This document shows, in pieces, positions 43,596-53,909 of a stretch of 64,000 nt of DNA. The position numbers were made by a program, and so were the translations under genes. Origin of the DNA: Naegleria gruberi. Taxonomy: Eukaryota. The notes beneath the pieces are model-generated. The model searched no databases and was not told where the DNA came from. It worked only from the letters and a program-made list of their open reading frames with translations. The stretch lies in NCBI GenBank assembly GCA_000004985.1, contig GG738890.1; one strand, written 5' to 3'. Position 1 is the stretch's first letter. Each line of letters opens with the position of its first letter.

Positions 43596-44284
43596 TTTCA
43601 TTTTACCTTATGGATTATTTAATTATTTAGATATTGATCTGTATTAGGTTATAAATTCTACATTTGAAAAAAAGCAACATTCAATCCATGAAATCGTCCT
43701 TATAAACAGCCTTATGAAAGCCTTAGTGACAATTTCACTCTTGAGCTTTCGGTTTGTTTCAAGGTGGTTCTTATGTGAAATAACTTTTTCAAAATCCAAC
43801 ATAATGTTTCTATTATTTAACAGAGCGAGAAATCATACCAGATGAATCCTCACAGGAAAAAATTGAGAAGGAGGGCAACAACCACTTTGATTATTGACCA
43901 AATTCCATTGGCTAATCATCCTCTGAGTGCAAGGAGGAGAGTTTCCAGATTCACATTTCAGTCTGCATGATCTCTGAAATGTCCTTCAAGGTAAGTATGA
44001 AGAAAGCAAAGAGTGTAAATTGGAACAAATCTTTTAAACCTTTCAATATGTTTGGTTTTTGAAAACTGAATTATGGTCGTTGTTTGTTGTTTTATGATTT
44101 GAGTTCTTTGATATTGTTGAACATGAAGCAAACACAGAATTGACATAATTACATTGAAAATTAAGTATGATGAGAATTTAACTAGAAGATAATAAAGAAT
44201 GGGTCAAAAAATTATTGAATATTTACATTTTCAGTTTATTTACAATGATTGCCTAGGTTTACAAAATTTTGAGTTTTATGGAGA

Positions 44285-44500
44285 CTACCACTTTTTGAAT
44301 TGTTTGTTTCTCATTTCTAAGGTGTTATGTGATTGAGATTTGAAAGTTTTGCTTGTTTCACTTCCAATAGAATTCAATGTTTTGTAATCAATTAAATTTC
44401 TTCTTCTTGTTCCACCAACAATATTATCCAGAGAAATTTCGGAATTAAATTGTGAAGTATTATTGGAGGAATTATACATATTTCTTCTTGTTGAGACCAT
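44285..44500 (-). CDS. Small hypothetical protein, 71 aa; paralog of 44728..45027
   Basis: Shares ...DNIVGGTRRRNLIDYKTLNS... with its neighbour's ...SNIISGTRHRNNIDYHHANLNG... Confidence 0.4.
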   Translation of the reverse strand: MVSTRRNMYNSSNNTSQFNSEISLDNIVGGTRRRNLIDYKTLNSIGSETSKTFKSQSHNTLEMRNKQFKKW

Positions 44501-44727
44501 TTTCTAATTGTTATTTTGTTATTTTCTTTTGTTGTTGATTTTCATTAAATTTCCTTTCATCAAAATATTAATAGAAAAATTCAAATTCTTGTGATGAGTG
44601 GAAAATCCACCAAAAATTGGAATCACAAAATTAGTGGAAATCATCATGGAAATAAATAGATAATTGATCGGATGATGAAATTTCCACAACAAAACAAAAT
44701 AACAAAATAACAAAAACTAAGAGCAAA

Positions 44728-45027
44728 ATGCCAGCTAGAAATACCTCATCAAATACTTCTTCATCTTCCGAAGGTAGAATTCCAACAAAAACAGAATGGA
44801 CAAGATCTAAACCAATTGATTTATCTAAAAGATTACCATTATTTGATATTGATACTTCAAATATTATAAGTGGAACAAGACATCGTAATAATATTGATTA
44901 TCATCATGCAAATTTAAATGGTAAACAAATTTCAGTGAAAAGATCTTCGAAAAATTCAATTGAAAAGAGAGCTAAACAACAATCGAACACCACTAATAAG
45001 AAGATTACCAAATCGAAAAAGATGTAA
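44728..45027 (+). CDS. Small basic hypothetical protein, 99 aa; paralog of 44285..44500, divergently transcribed
   Basis: Shared motif I(V/I)(G/S)GTR(R/H)RN.IDY. The two genes flank a 227-bp intergenic region. Confidence 0.4.
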   Translation: MPARNTSSNTSSSSEGRIPTKTEWTRSKPIDLSKRLPLFDIDTSNIISGTRHRNNIDYHHANLNGKQISVKRSSKNSIEKRAKQQSNTTNKKITKSKKM

Positions 45028-45528
45028 ATTACAACTTGTAATAAATTCAGTAAATTGTAAATAAAATGTTTGAAATATAGATGAAGTTTCAATTTAGAAT
45101 TGATCAGAATATGAGAAACCAAAATTTGCATCAAGCAATTTAACATGACAAATGTTCAATAAGTATGAGGTTGATCAACCTTTACACTTTCTCCAACAAA
45201 CCTGAACAAACAAGATTCGTCCAAGAACTCTTGAATTCGCTGTTCATGCAGTCAAAGACTGTAGCGGGATTGTCGCCATATTCCTGGCAGGCTTCCCGTC
45301 CATTGCAACCAATAGAATATCATGTTTTTCCCATCTCTCAATATTTACAAATTCTTCAATGCTTGAACATACTGGACAACTAGAAACCGACCTATTGCCC
45401 ACTCACCCAAGAAAATCGTGATTTGAAAGGTTCCTTCATTTTTATTTAATAAGTGAAATGGCCTAATTGACTAAACTTGAAATTAATCAGAATTTTCTTT
45501 GTGATCATGGTGAACTGAATTGAAACAA

Positions 45529-45910
45529 CTGACTCATCTCTGCATTTCTAATAATAATATTAGCGAAACTGGTGCAAAATATGTTGCTGAATTGAAATAA
45601 GTAATTCATTCTTGTTGAACTGAACAAGTTGACCAATCTCAGTATTTGCAACAATAACATTAGTTCCAAGGGAGGTAAATTTATTAATGAGATGAGTCAA
45701 TTATTTTGATATTAGTAGAAATGGTGTTGAATTTCTCAATTTTAATGAACTAGAACAATTGGAGCACCTTAACATTTCTTGGAATTATATTGGTGATGAA
45801 GGCATTTGCTATAAGCAAAATGAAACATTTACTTTTTCTCGGTGTAAGGGTACCTCTATTCTCTTTCGAATGGAATGTATTATTATAGTAAAATTCCAAA
45901 CAACCTTGAA
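45529..45910 (+). pseudogene. Decayed ribonuclease-inhibitor-type LRR gene fragment
   Basis: Three consecutive LRR units (LTHLCISNNNISETGAKYVAELK; NKLTNLSICNNNISSKGGKFINEMSQLF; LEQLEHLNISWNYIGDEGICY) sit in three different frames, each ended by a stop. Confidence 0.3.
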
Positions 45911-45941
45911 AATCTAGTAAATTTGGTAAATGTAAAATGGA

Positions 45942-46014
45942 TACAGCGAGCGGGGCTTGAACCCGCGACCTTAAGCGTGTTAGGCTTACGATCTAACCAA
46001 CTGATCTATCGCTG
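45942..46014 (-). tRNA. tRNA-Val (anticodon AAC)
   Basis: Acceptor GCAGCGA/TCGCTGT (G1-U72 wobble), D-arm GATC-AGTTGGTTA-GATC, anticodon stem TAAGC/GCTTA, loop CTAACAC, T-arm GCGGG-TTCAAGC-CCCGC. 73 nt. Confidence 0.85.
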
Positions 46015-46193
46015 CTTACACTCAGTACAATAATTACCTTAATGAAATACGAGTTACAAATGTGGCAAGAAACAAGCTTAGTTGTAAATGTTGTTAGTAG
46101 CCTCTCCAGTTTTACAATCAAATACTAAACAGAGGATGATTCAACACGAAAATCTCAAAATATATTTATTAGTACTTGAAGCAAACCGTTTTT

Positions 46194-47465
46194 TTAACAG
46201 ATCAATAAATTAAGCAAGACGAGCAAAGCAAGTAAAGCAACAGAAACTACATATCTATCAGATTCACTTCTTACATTATATGAAGTATCAGTTGCAATAT
46301 CACTATTGTCATATCTCAATATCATTTCATTATATCTTGATTTTCCAAGGTTAAGTTTGAGTGTACATTGAACACTACTTGATCCCAAAGCGAGAATTGG
46401 TTGTTCACACAACACAGTTCCACTACTGCTGTAGAATGACAACTTTTTAATATCAATACCAGGTGTCACTTCATATTGTCCATTGAAAAGTGTGAATGAA
46501 ATCTTGAACGGAGTATTCTCTGAGATATCTTTTTGTACGGTGATAGTGCCTCTCTCAATAGTAAATGTGGAAAGTGAAAAACTTGGGAGTGGAATATTAG
46601 GAACGTCTTGATCAGCACTCGTTAATGCTGAGAATTTAATAGAATATGGTTTACCAGAACTCATTGTTGGAGTGAATTTGAGAATGGTAGATCCTCCAAC
46701 AATATCATGATAAGTTTGGTAATCTCCAAAAGTGCCACCTTCAAAACTGATTTCACCCTTTTGCAAAGTGTCCAATTCGTTGAACTGATCTAACAATCTG
46801 ACTTCAAAACTAATCTCCTGACCATAGAAGAAATATGGTACGTGCTTCATGGCTAGATTAGTTGGAAAGGCACCAATTGCAAATTTGGTAAATTTTGGCC
46901 TCACACAAGACATTTGAATGTTGAATCTCAATGAAGTACTGGCACGTGTTTGAGCAATCAAATATGCCTTGCCTGGAACTTTTGATGGAAATCGAACACC
47001 TTCGGTAGGATTCGATGTACAGGTAAGAAAATTTGAATTGTAGGACTTCAAGCCATTGAAAGAAAATCCTTGGTTGGCCATGGCCTTATTCTTGTTTTCT
47101 TCATCAACGAGATAGTAGACGAATCCAGTTGTTTGTGAGGTGGATTGAATATTGACTAAACTAATGGAAGGTACTTGATTGGAAATGGAGCAACTTTCCA
47201 TTGACGAAAGGACAACCCAACCATCGGCAGCCTTTGGACAAGCTTGTCCATTGCAGCCACAAGCAGGGCATGTACACTGTTGAACATCTCTTTCTTGAGA
47301 AATTGTTGGTGAGAAAAAAGTTTCATTAGAAACCTGATGAAAGGAAGTTTTTTCAAGTAAATTTGTTGGTACTTGGAAGGAAATTTCAAACTCGTTTGCA
47401 GCAATAATTTGTGCAACTAGCAGCAAAAGAAACGCAAATGTCAACAACTTCATTTTTTTTAACAA
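46194..47465 (-). CDS. Secreted Cys-rich type I membrane protein
   Basis: Signal peptide MKLLTFAFLLLLVAQIIAANE, CTCPACGCNGQACPK cluster, C-terminal TM YVVSVALLALLVLLNLLIC. Confidence 0.6.
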   Translation of the reverse strand: MLKKMKLLTFAFLLLLVAQIIAANEFEISFQVPTNLLEKTSFHQVSNETFFSPTISQERDVQQCTCPACGCNGQACPKAADGWVVLSSMESCSISNQVPSISLVNIQSTSQTTGFVYYLVDEENKNKAMANQGFSFNGLKSYNSNFLTCTSNPTEGVRFPSKVPGKAYLIAQTRASTSLRFNIQMSCVRPKFTKFAIGAFPTNLAMKHVPYFFYGQEISFEVRLLDQFNELDTLQKGEISFEGGTFGDYQTYHDIVGGSTILKFTPTMSSGKPYSIKFSALTSADQDVPNIPLPSFSLSTFTIERGTITVQKDISENTPFKISFTLFNGQYEVTPGIDIKKLSFYSSSGTVLCEQPILALGSSSVQCTLKLNLGKSRYNEMILRYDNSDIATDTSYNVRSESDRYVVSVALLALLVLLNLLIC

Positions 47466-48111
47466 GCACCAATCGTCTAGTTTTTACAAAGGGCAATGAA
47501 TCTCATCAATCTGTCAATTGTTAGGAAAGACGTCAATTACTATTACTGGGACAAATAAAGCTTAATAGAAATACCTTACTATTTTTGTTTTTTTGAAAAG
47601 CACCGAACAGGCAAGTACGTGACTGCTTTGATGTAAAAAAACAAATGGCAAGTAAGTTGAATAACAAATTTAGTGCAACTATTTGATGGCCATCAGTTGT
47701 TTAATTGGTGAGCAACTGACAGGTTGAATTGGTCCTCCAAAAAGTCAAATTATCGATGAAATGTGAATCTCATAAGTTGTTAAACAACCAAAAAAAATTA
47801 AACAACTTGCCATAATGTTCTTGCACTAGCTAATAATATACAAGAGAGAGGCAACTCCTTCAACTTTGATGGTAGTTAACGTAATTCGATGATAAACAAT
47901 GCATGTGCTTCTAGAAATATTTAGTCCACATGCTACAATGGTTATTTTGTCATTGAAATTACTTGTATCAGTCTTGAAGTTCAACAGTTCTCCTTATTCC
48001 TTTTTTTTAAATATATTGATATGCAAAGATTTTGGAACTTGGAATTTAAAGTTAACATTTGCACTAATTAAATTAAATTTAACAAAGAAAAAACAAAACT
48101 AAACTTAAACA

Positions 48112-48675
48112 ATGGGAAACACTAATCGTTGGAAAATGGAAGAACCACAGCACCTGGCACCTGTTGTCACAAATGTTCAACGAAAAAGGGAATTAGGTGG
48201 AGTGATCAACTTGTCAGAATTCAAGGAATTGCCAATGGAAATTCAGCTACATACACTTACCTTTCTTCCAATGCAAAGTTTGACTGATTTATTACTGGTA
48301 TCCAAATTTATGAATGAACAATTATTGAAATATGATGAAATTTATCGAGTTTTTTATTCTGATTTCAGAAAACGTGCGGTGCAAGAAAAACTTGATTGGA
48401 ATACAAGGAGTTATTATCCTTTTAATCACAATTACATACATTATTATCCTCCTATTATACCTGTTTCTCTGCCAACAACAATTATACCAACAACTAGTGT
48501 GATTGAAGAACAATTTGACAGAGATCTACCTCTAAAACTGGAAACTCTTGTAGAGAGTCATCTTTTAGAGAGTGCCTATCAACAATTGAGTTATGTTGCC
48601 AACACACATATTCAAAACAGGATGAATCAAAAAGTGATGATAGAAGAAATGAGTAATATGACCCAATCTGCATAA
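48112..48675 (+). CDS. F-box-like protein (N-terminal MGN...)
   Basis: LPMEIQLHTLTFLPMQSLTDLLLVSKFMNEQL. Confidence 0.5.
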   Translation: MGNTNRWKMEEPQHLAPVVTNVQRKRELGGVINLSEFKELPMEIQLHTLTFLPMQSLTDLLLVSKFMNEQLLKYDEIYRVFYSDFRKRAVQEKLDWNTRSYYPFNHNYIHYYPPIIPVSLPTTIIPTTSVIEEQFDRDLPLKLETLVESHLLESAYQQLSYVANTHIQNRMNQKVMIEEMSNMTQSA

Positions 48676-48730
48676 TAAATAGTCATTCTATCTTATTATT
48701 TAAAAATTTAAAAGAACAGAGTAATGAAAA

Positions 48731-49759
48731 TTACCAATATCTACTTCTTGTCTCCTGTGTGGGCAATACCTTCCTCAACACAAATAATGAATATAGGAAA
48801 GGGAATTCCAATTTTTCAATAGAATCAAACTTGCTACTGAGCTCGAAATATTGAACTCTGCAATCAATCAAATCTATTCCTCCGTACAAGTAGAATTCTG
48901 GTATTATTTCTTCCAAATATTGAGTTATCATACTGTTGGTCACCTTTTTTTCCTTGTCACTCTTCATACCTACCAATCCAAGAAATCGATTCTTATCCAA
49001 TAGATATTCGTATAAATTCTTTTCTGCTTTCACCTTTTCAAAATAACTTATCATTTGTTTACAAATGTTAAATGATTCAATTGAGGAAACATCAAAACAA
49101 TAGAACAAAATGTTACACTGTTGCATTTGTCCTACGTTATATGGCACAAATCGATTTATGCCAGGAATCTTAATTAATTCAAGGTTATAATGTTCCGAGT
49201 AATCAAATCTAGTGGTCAGATAGTTAATTTGATTACTGAATCTTTTTATCCAAGTTGACTTTCCACAAGATCCGTATCCAGCAATTCCAATTTTAGGTTG
49301 TTTTTGTTCTCCCACTACCAACTGTCCACTTTTAATGGCTCCTCTGATTCTAGGAACAAGATTGTCATGAAAATGAACTAGGGCACTATGTACATTCAAT
49401 CTCATTGGTTTCAGTAGGCAATTTGGTTGTTTCCCTCTATTTTCTAACTGATCCTTCCACAAGAGTGGTTGAAATATCCAGTATTTAGCAAAATTCTTAC
49501 TCACTCTCATCAATTTGATAATATCTGAATTTGGCAAATATCTCATCACATTAATGACCAATTCATACGGTAGCATTCTCTCCATCAATGATTGATTATT
49601 TTCATTAAATACATTAGGATCATTTCTATCTAAATATTCACTCTCTTGATCCATTAATTCCAACTCTTCATAATCAATTTCGATCGGAATGATCTTCTCC
49701 AAATTTAAATCATCAAGAATGATTCTATTACTGGAAAGAGTTGTGTGTTGTTGACCCAT
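48731..49759 (-). CDS. F-box-like + P-loop small-GTPase-like fusion protein (N-terminal MGQ...)
   Basis: LPYELVINVMRYLPNSDIIKLMRVSKNF (F-box) followed by KIGIAGYGSCGKSTWI (G1 P-loop) and LVGMKSDK (G4-like). Confidence 0.55.
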   Translation of the reverse strand: MGQQHTTLSSNRIILDDLNLEKIIPIEIDYEELELMDQESEYLDRNDPNVFNENNQSLMERMLPYELVINVMRYLPNSDIIKLMRVSKNFAKYWIFQPLLWKDQLENRGKQPNCLLKPMRLNVHSALVHFHDNLVPRIRGAIKSGQLVVGEQKQPKIGIAGYGSCGKSTWIKRFSNQINYLTTRFDYSEHYNLELIKIPGINRFVPYNVGQMQQCNILFYCFDVSSIESFNICKQMISYFEKVKAEKNLYEYLLDKNRFLGLVGMKSDKEKKVTNSMITQYLEEIIPEFYLYGGIDLIDCRVQYFELSSKFDSIEKLEFPFLYSLFVLRKVLPTQETRSRYW

Positions 49760-50034
49760 TTTTTTAGTGTTGGTTGAGAGATTTGTTATTATTAGAAGAA
49801 GAATTTATATTCTTCTGTTGTGTGGATTAAAATGGTGAGAAGGTTAATTTGAGAGATTCTAATCTTGTTCCATTTTTTTTAATATTTAATTTTATTAAAT
49901 ATTATTTATAAGATTAAAAATGGAAGGATAAACCAAAATGTCTTCATAAGTCTCTTAAAAATACAAGATTCAAGAGGTTTTAGTGGGATTAATGTATTTT
50001 ATGAATTTTAAAGTGGAAGATAGATTAATGTGTC

Positions 50035-50160
50035 GGGGTCTTGGCGCAGTCGGTATTATTAATAGATTTTAGGGTAGGTAACGCTCTCAATCTACCTCAA
50101 CGTCGGTAGCGCGTAGGTCTCATAATCCTAAGGTCGTGAGTTCGATCCTCACAGACCCCA
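50035..50160 (+). tRNA. tRNA-Met(CAT) copy interrupted by a 53-nt insertion in the D-loop (50054..50106); probable pseudogene or non-canonical intron
   Basis: Apart from the insertion it is identical in arm structure to the copies at 9666 and 57622, and the acceptor GGGGTCT/AGACCCC equals copy 3. The insert is flanked by a duplicated GTCGG(TA) and contains a 5-6 bp hairpin (GGTAG...CTACC). Confidence 0.6.
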
Positions 50161-50320
50161 ACTTTTGCCCTTTCTTTTGCTTATTTTGCATCCTATCGAA
50201 CGATCATCACCATAGTTTGATCACCAATATCTTTACAAGCAAAGGGAGCAATTTCTAGCTGGTTTGTTTTGCTTGTGGTTAACGTTGATATTACAGTTGA
50301 GTAACAAACATAAAATAAAA

Positions 50321-52378
50321 ATGCTCAACAATGTTCATCATGTCGATCATCAAATATTGAACGAAATGGATGACTACTTTTCAAGAAGGAACAAACTCTT
50401 TGATCAATTCAAAGAAAAACGAAGAAGAGAATTGGGAAATAAAATCGGGAAGGAAATTACCATCACAATAGATAAAGATGTAGTGAAGGGGAAAGCCTTT
50501 GAAACGAGCCCATACAAAATAGCATCCGATCTTTCCAATGATCAATCTATGGATCATCTTATTGCCAAGATTAATGGTAAATTATGGGACATGAATAGAG
50601 AGTTGGAAGGAGATGGTCGATTGGAATTTTGTTCTGATTGGAATGATTTGGAGGTGAGGAGAGTTTTCAAGCGTAGTTCTGCATTTGTGTTGGGAGCAGC
50701 TGTGGAACAAGTATTCAAATGTTTGGTCAGTGGTGGAGCTGTACTTGAGGATGATTATGGCAAGGGAGGTTTCTTTTATGAGAATTTTATGGATGAAGTA
50801 GTTAGAAATAGCTCTATAAATGATCATTCGAAAATCAAGAAAGAAATAGAGAAGATCATTGAAGAAAAACACCCATTCGAAAGATTAATTGTGAGGAAAT
50901 ATGAAGCTCTTGAATTATTTGCAGGAAACAAATTCAAAATTGAGCTCTTGAATGAAAAGTTTAAAGATGACGATTTCCTTTGCGTTTATCGTTGTGGATG
51001 CTTCATAGATACCTCTGTCGGCCCACATTTGTTGCACACTGGACAAATAGCATCTTTTGAAATTATATCAAATACTCGATTTCTATCTGATACAAAGAGG
51101 GAAATTTTACGGTTTTATGGAATTTCGTTTCCAACTGTTCAATTAAAGGAAGAATGGAAAATAATGACCCAAAAACTCAAACTTTGTGACCACAAAAAGG
51201 TTGGAAAGGATCAAGAGCTGTGGTTCTTTCATCCACATGCCCCTGGAATGGTTTCACTCCTTCCTCACGGCAAGAGAATATGCAATTCTGTTCAATCTCA
51301 ATTACGAGAAGCTTATTGGAGGTATGGATTTGCAGAGGTTCAAAGCCCCATTGTTTTGAATAAGGATCTGTGGTATTATCAATCAGGTAGTAGGAATCAG
51401 TGGTGGCAACAATACAATTTCGCTCTGGAAATTGATAAGGAGTACTATATACTCAAACCATACAACAAACCTATTCACTGTATTATGTATCGGAACAAAT
51501 CCAGATCTTATAGAGATCTACCAATTAGATATGTAGAATTTGGCTCAGTATTTCCGGATAACATCAAACCTTTTAGGCTGAATGGCAGGTTGAGAAGTTT
51601 CCAAAAAGATGAGTCAACCATTTTTTGCCAGTCAGACCAAACCAAAAAGGAAGTATTGAATTGTCTTCAAATGATGGGAAGTGTATATAACAAATTTGGA
51701 TTTGAATTCAAGATTGTATTTTCCACAAAACCTGTTAGTTTTTATGGTGACAATCTGGAATGGATCAAGTTGGAAGGTATATTGGAAACTGCCCTAAAAT
51801 CATTGGGTCATGAATGGGAAAGAGACGAAGGAGGGGCTCCTTCTCTCGGTCCAAGAATTGAGTTTTATGTTTCAGATAATTTGAAGAGGTTTATTTACCT
51901 TTGTGGAATAATTCAAATGGACTTAATGACACCACGTTTTTTCAATTTGACTTATACCAGTTCAGACAATTCTGCAGAATCAAAACCCATCTGCATCAGC
52001 AGTACCATCTTGAATAACACTGAAACTTTCATGGCTTTATCTGCTGAACGTTATGGTGGAAAGTGGCCTTTTTGGCTTTCTCCTAGACAAGCTATCATCA
52101 TTCCAATTTGTGAAAAGTGTAGTGAATATGCTAACAATGTTAAAGATAGAATTCATCAGGCTGGATACTATGTGGACGTGGATATGAGCTTTCATACGAT
52201 AGAAAAAAAGATTAGGAATGCTCATTTAGCTCAGTATAATTATATTTTAATAATTGGCGTCAGTGAGATGGAAACTGATTGCGTGAATGTAAGAATAAGA
52301 GATGGCGAACAAGAAGGAGTTAAATCTATTCAAGAATTATTGGAAGAATTCGAAGTTAAAATTAGGGAATTTAAATAA
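50321..52378 (+). CDS. Threonyl-tRNA synthetase (class II), possibly organellar
   Basis: TGS-like N-terminus. HKKVGKDQELWFFHPHAPGMV, FRLNGRLRSFQKDESTIFC and the anticodon-binding domain WPFWLSPRQAIIIPI match ThrRS motifs. The track start is TTG; the true start is the aaaaATG at 50321. Confidence 0.75.
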   Translation: MLNNVHHVDHQILNEMDDYFSRRNKLFDQFKEKRRRELGNKIGKEITITIDKDVVKGKAFETSPYKIASDLSNDQSMDHLIAKINGKLWDMNRELEGDGRLEFCSDWNDLEVRRVFKRSSAFVLGAAVEQVFKCLVSGGAVLEDDYGKGGFFYENFMDEVVRNSSINDHSKIKKEIEKIIEEKHPFERLIVRKYEALELFAGNKFKIELLNEKFKDDDFLCVYRCGCFIDTSVGPHLLHTGQIASFEIISNTRFLSDTKREILRFYGISFPTVQLKEEWKIMTQKLKLCDHKKVGKDQELWFFHPHAPGMVSLLPHGKRICNSVQSQLREAYWRYGFAEVQSPIVLNKDLWYYQSGSRNQWWQQYNFALEIDKEYYILKPYNKPIHCIMYRNKSRSYRDLPIRYVEFGSVFPDNIKPFRLNGRLRSFQKDESTIFCQSDQTKKEVLNCLQMMGSVYNKFGFEFKIVFSTKPVSFYGDNLEWIKLEGILETALKSLGHEWERDEGGAPSLGPRIEFYVSDNLKRFIYLCGIIQMDLMTPRFFNLTYTSSDNSAESKPICISSTILNNTETFMALSAERYGGKWPFWLSPRQAIIIPICEKCSEYANNVKDRIHQAGYYVDVDMSFHTIEKKIRNAHLAQYNYILIIGVSEMETDCVNVRIRDGEQEGVKSIQELLEEFEVKIREFK

Positions 52379-52398
52379 CTCTCACAGAAAGCTATTAC

Positions 52399-53664
52399 TT
52401 ATTGAAAAGAATGAAAATCTTGATAACATGCACTAGATTCAAGAATTTCTACTTGGTTAATCACTTGATCAATTGCTCCCTTGAGTGGTTGTGACTTTTC
52501 CACGAAAAGGGCAAAGTTTTTAACTGACTGATTACTGTCATTCCTATAATATTCAATCCATGCCCTTAATTTACCATTCAAAATTCCCAAATGATCAAAA
52601 GACGTAAATGGTCTTCCCCAGAATTGACAAACAATTTCATCAACGTTGAATGGTATCAAGTACTCTTCTGGAAGTTTCTTTGATTTTCTTAAATACTCAA
52701 CCAAAAAGTCATTCAAAAGTTTGATGATAATTTTGTAACAAGTTGCCATATTACCATCAACAATCTTCCACCAATTTTCTGACTGATCTAATATGGAATC
52801 ACTTGGTCGAATGGCCATTTCCAATGCTTGTTTCAACTCCTTACTCGATTCGAGCTCACTAAAAGCACTTCCAAACCATTTCGAATAAGGATAATATTTT
52901 CTTTCCAATAAGAAACACAAACACATCATTTCCCTAACTATTTTCCCAACCAGAACAAAACATCCAAGTCTATCTCCCACAACTCCACATCTTCCAACAA
53001 ATGGAGCTTCCTGTGAAATTTTGGAAAGTTGTATCATTATTTGATAAATCCAAACAATATCTGGATAGTAATTTCCAATTAACTCTCTAATAGGTTTCAG
53101 AATTCCACAATCATGATAGATTCTTCCAGCTTGTCCAATCGCCAATAATTTTTGCTGAGGAATTGACAACCAATACGTGTAATCCCCATTCAAAATTTCT
53201 ATCAACCATTTCGAATAACTAGTTCCATCATTATTCGTTCGTTTGAGAAGATAATTTGAAAAGTAATCTTCAATAGTTGTAATCTGAATCAGTAAATCTC
53301 CCAAATTATCATCAGATGAAGTTCTTGAATTGGGATCTTCTTGATATCTCATCCGACATGGAATTCCTTCAAAAATTGAAGGAACCTTCTCATCTAATTC
53401 CATCTTGATTTTATCTGAAAATTCTTCATACTCATCGGTAAGGAATAAAATAACTCTCGGAGCAAAATCATGATCTCTGCTCATCTCTGTATCAAATCCC
53501 AACACTTCACTACCATAACCAATTAAGGCAGCTGAATGATTTTCATTGAAATTGCCAAAATCACTCTTGTAGAGAATATTAGTAACGATTTGATGATAAA
53601 ATCTCTCGCATAAATCCAAACCTTTCATGGAGCGAACGTTTTCAGACATTTTTTTAAATTGCAT
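52399..53664 (-). CDS. Nucleotidyltransferase-fold protein (DUF4037-like)
   Basis: IGYGSEVLGFDTEMSRDHDF matches the GS-x(9-13)-DxD polymerase-beta NTase signature, with a helical domain after it. The family is otherwise mainly bacterial. Confidence 0.5.
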   Translation of the reverse strand: MQFKKMSENVRSMKGLDLCERFYHQIVTNILYKSDFGNFNENHSAALIGYGSEVLGFDTEMSRDHDFAPRVILFLTDEYEEFSDKIKMELDEKVPSIFEGIPCRMRYQEDPNSRTSSDDNLGDLLIQITTIEDYFSNYLLKRTNNDGTSYSKWLIEILNGDYTYWLSIPQQKLLAIGQAGRIYHDCGILKPIRELIGNYYPDIVWIYQIMIQLSKISQEAPFVGRCGVVGDRLGCFVLVGKIVREMMCLCFLLERKYYPYSKWFGSAFSELESSKELKQALEMAIRPSDSILDQSENWWKIVDGNMATCYKIIIKLLNDFLVEYLRKSKKLPEEYLIPFNVDEIVCQFWGRPFTSFDHLGILNGKLRAWIEYYRNDSNQSVKNFALFVEKSQPLKGAIDQVINQVEILESSACYQDFHSFQ

Positions 53665-53909
53665 TTTACAATGAAACAGTTTTCAATTCTAGATTTTAAC
53701 TTGATATCACATTGTGATGAGACAAATTTCAAAGATCAAATTCAATATTAAATAACCCATGCATAAGATCGAAACCTGGCTTTGCTAGACATTTTTTTAG
53801 AAATGGTACAAAATGCATGTGTTTATTTCAATTCCAACTTAATGTTGTTAGAATAACTGTTTATGAAGATCGATAGATCTGTCAAATGTTTGGAGTTTTG
53901 AACTGTTCT

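Noticed and set aside
47640-47760. ATGGCAA|GTAAGT followed by GTGAGC...CAG, as a micro-exon gene start upstream of 48112
   Set aside because: All resulting frames hit stops within 20 codons and there is no supporting ORF.
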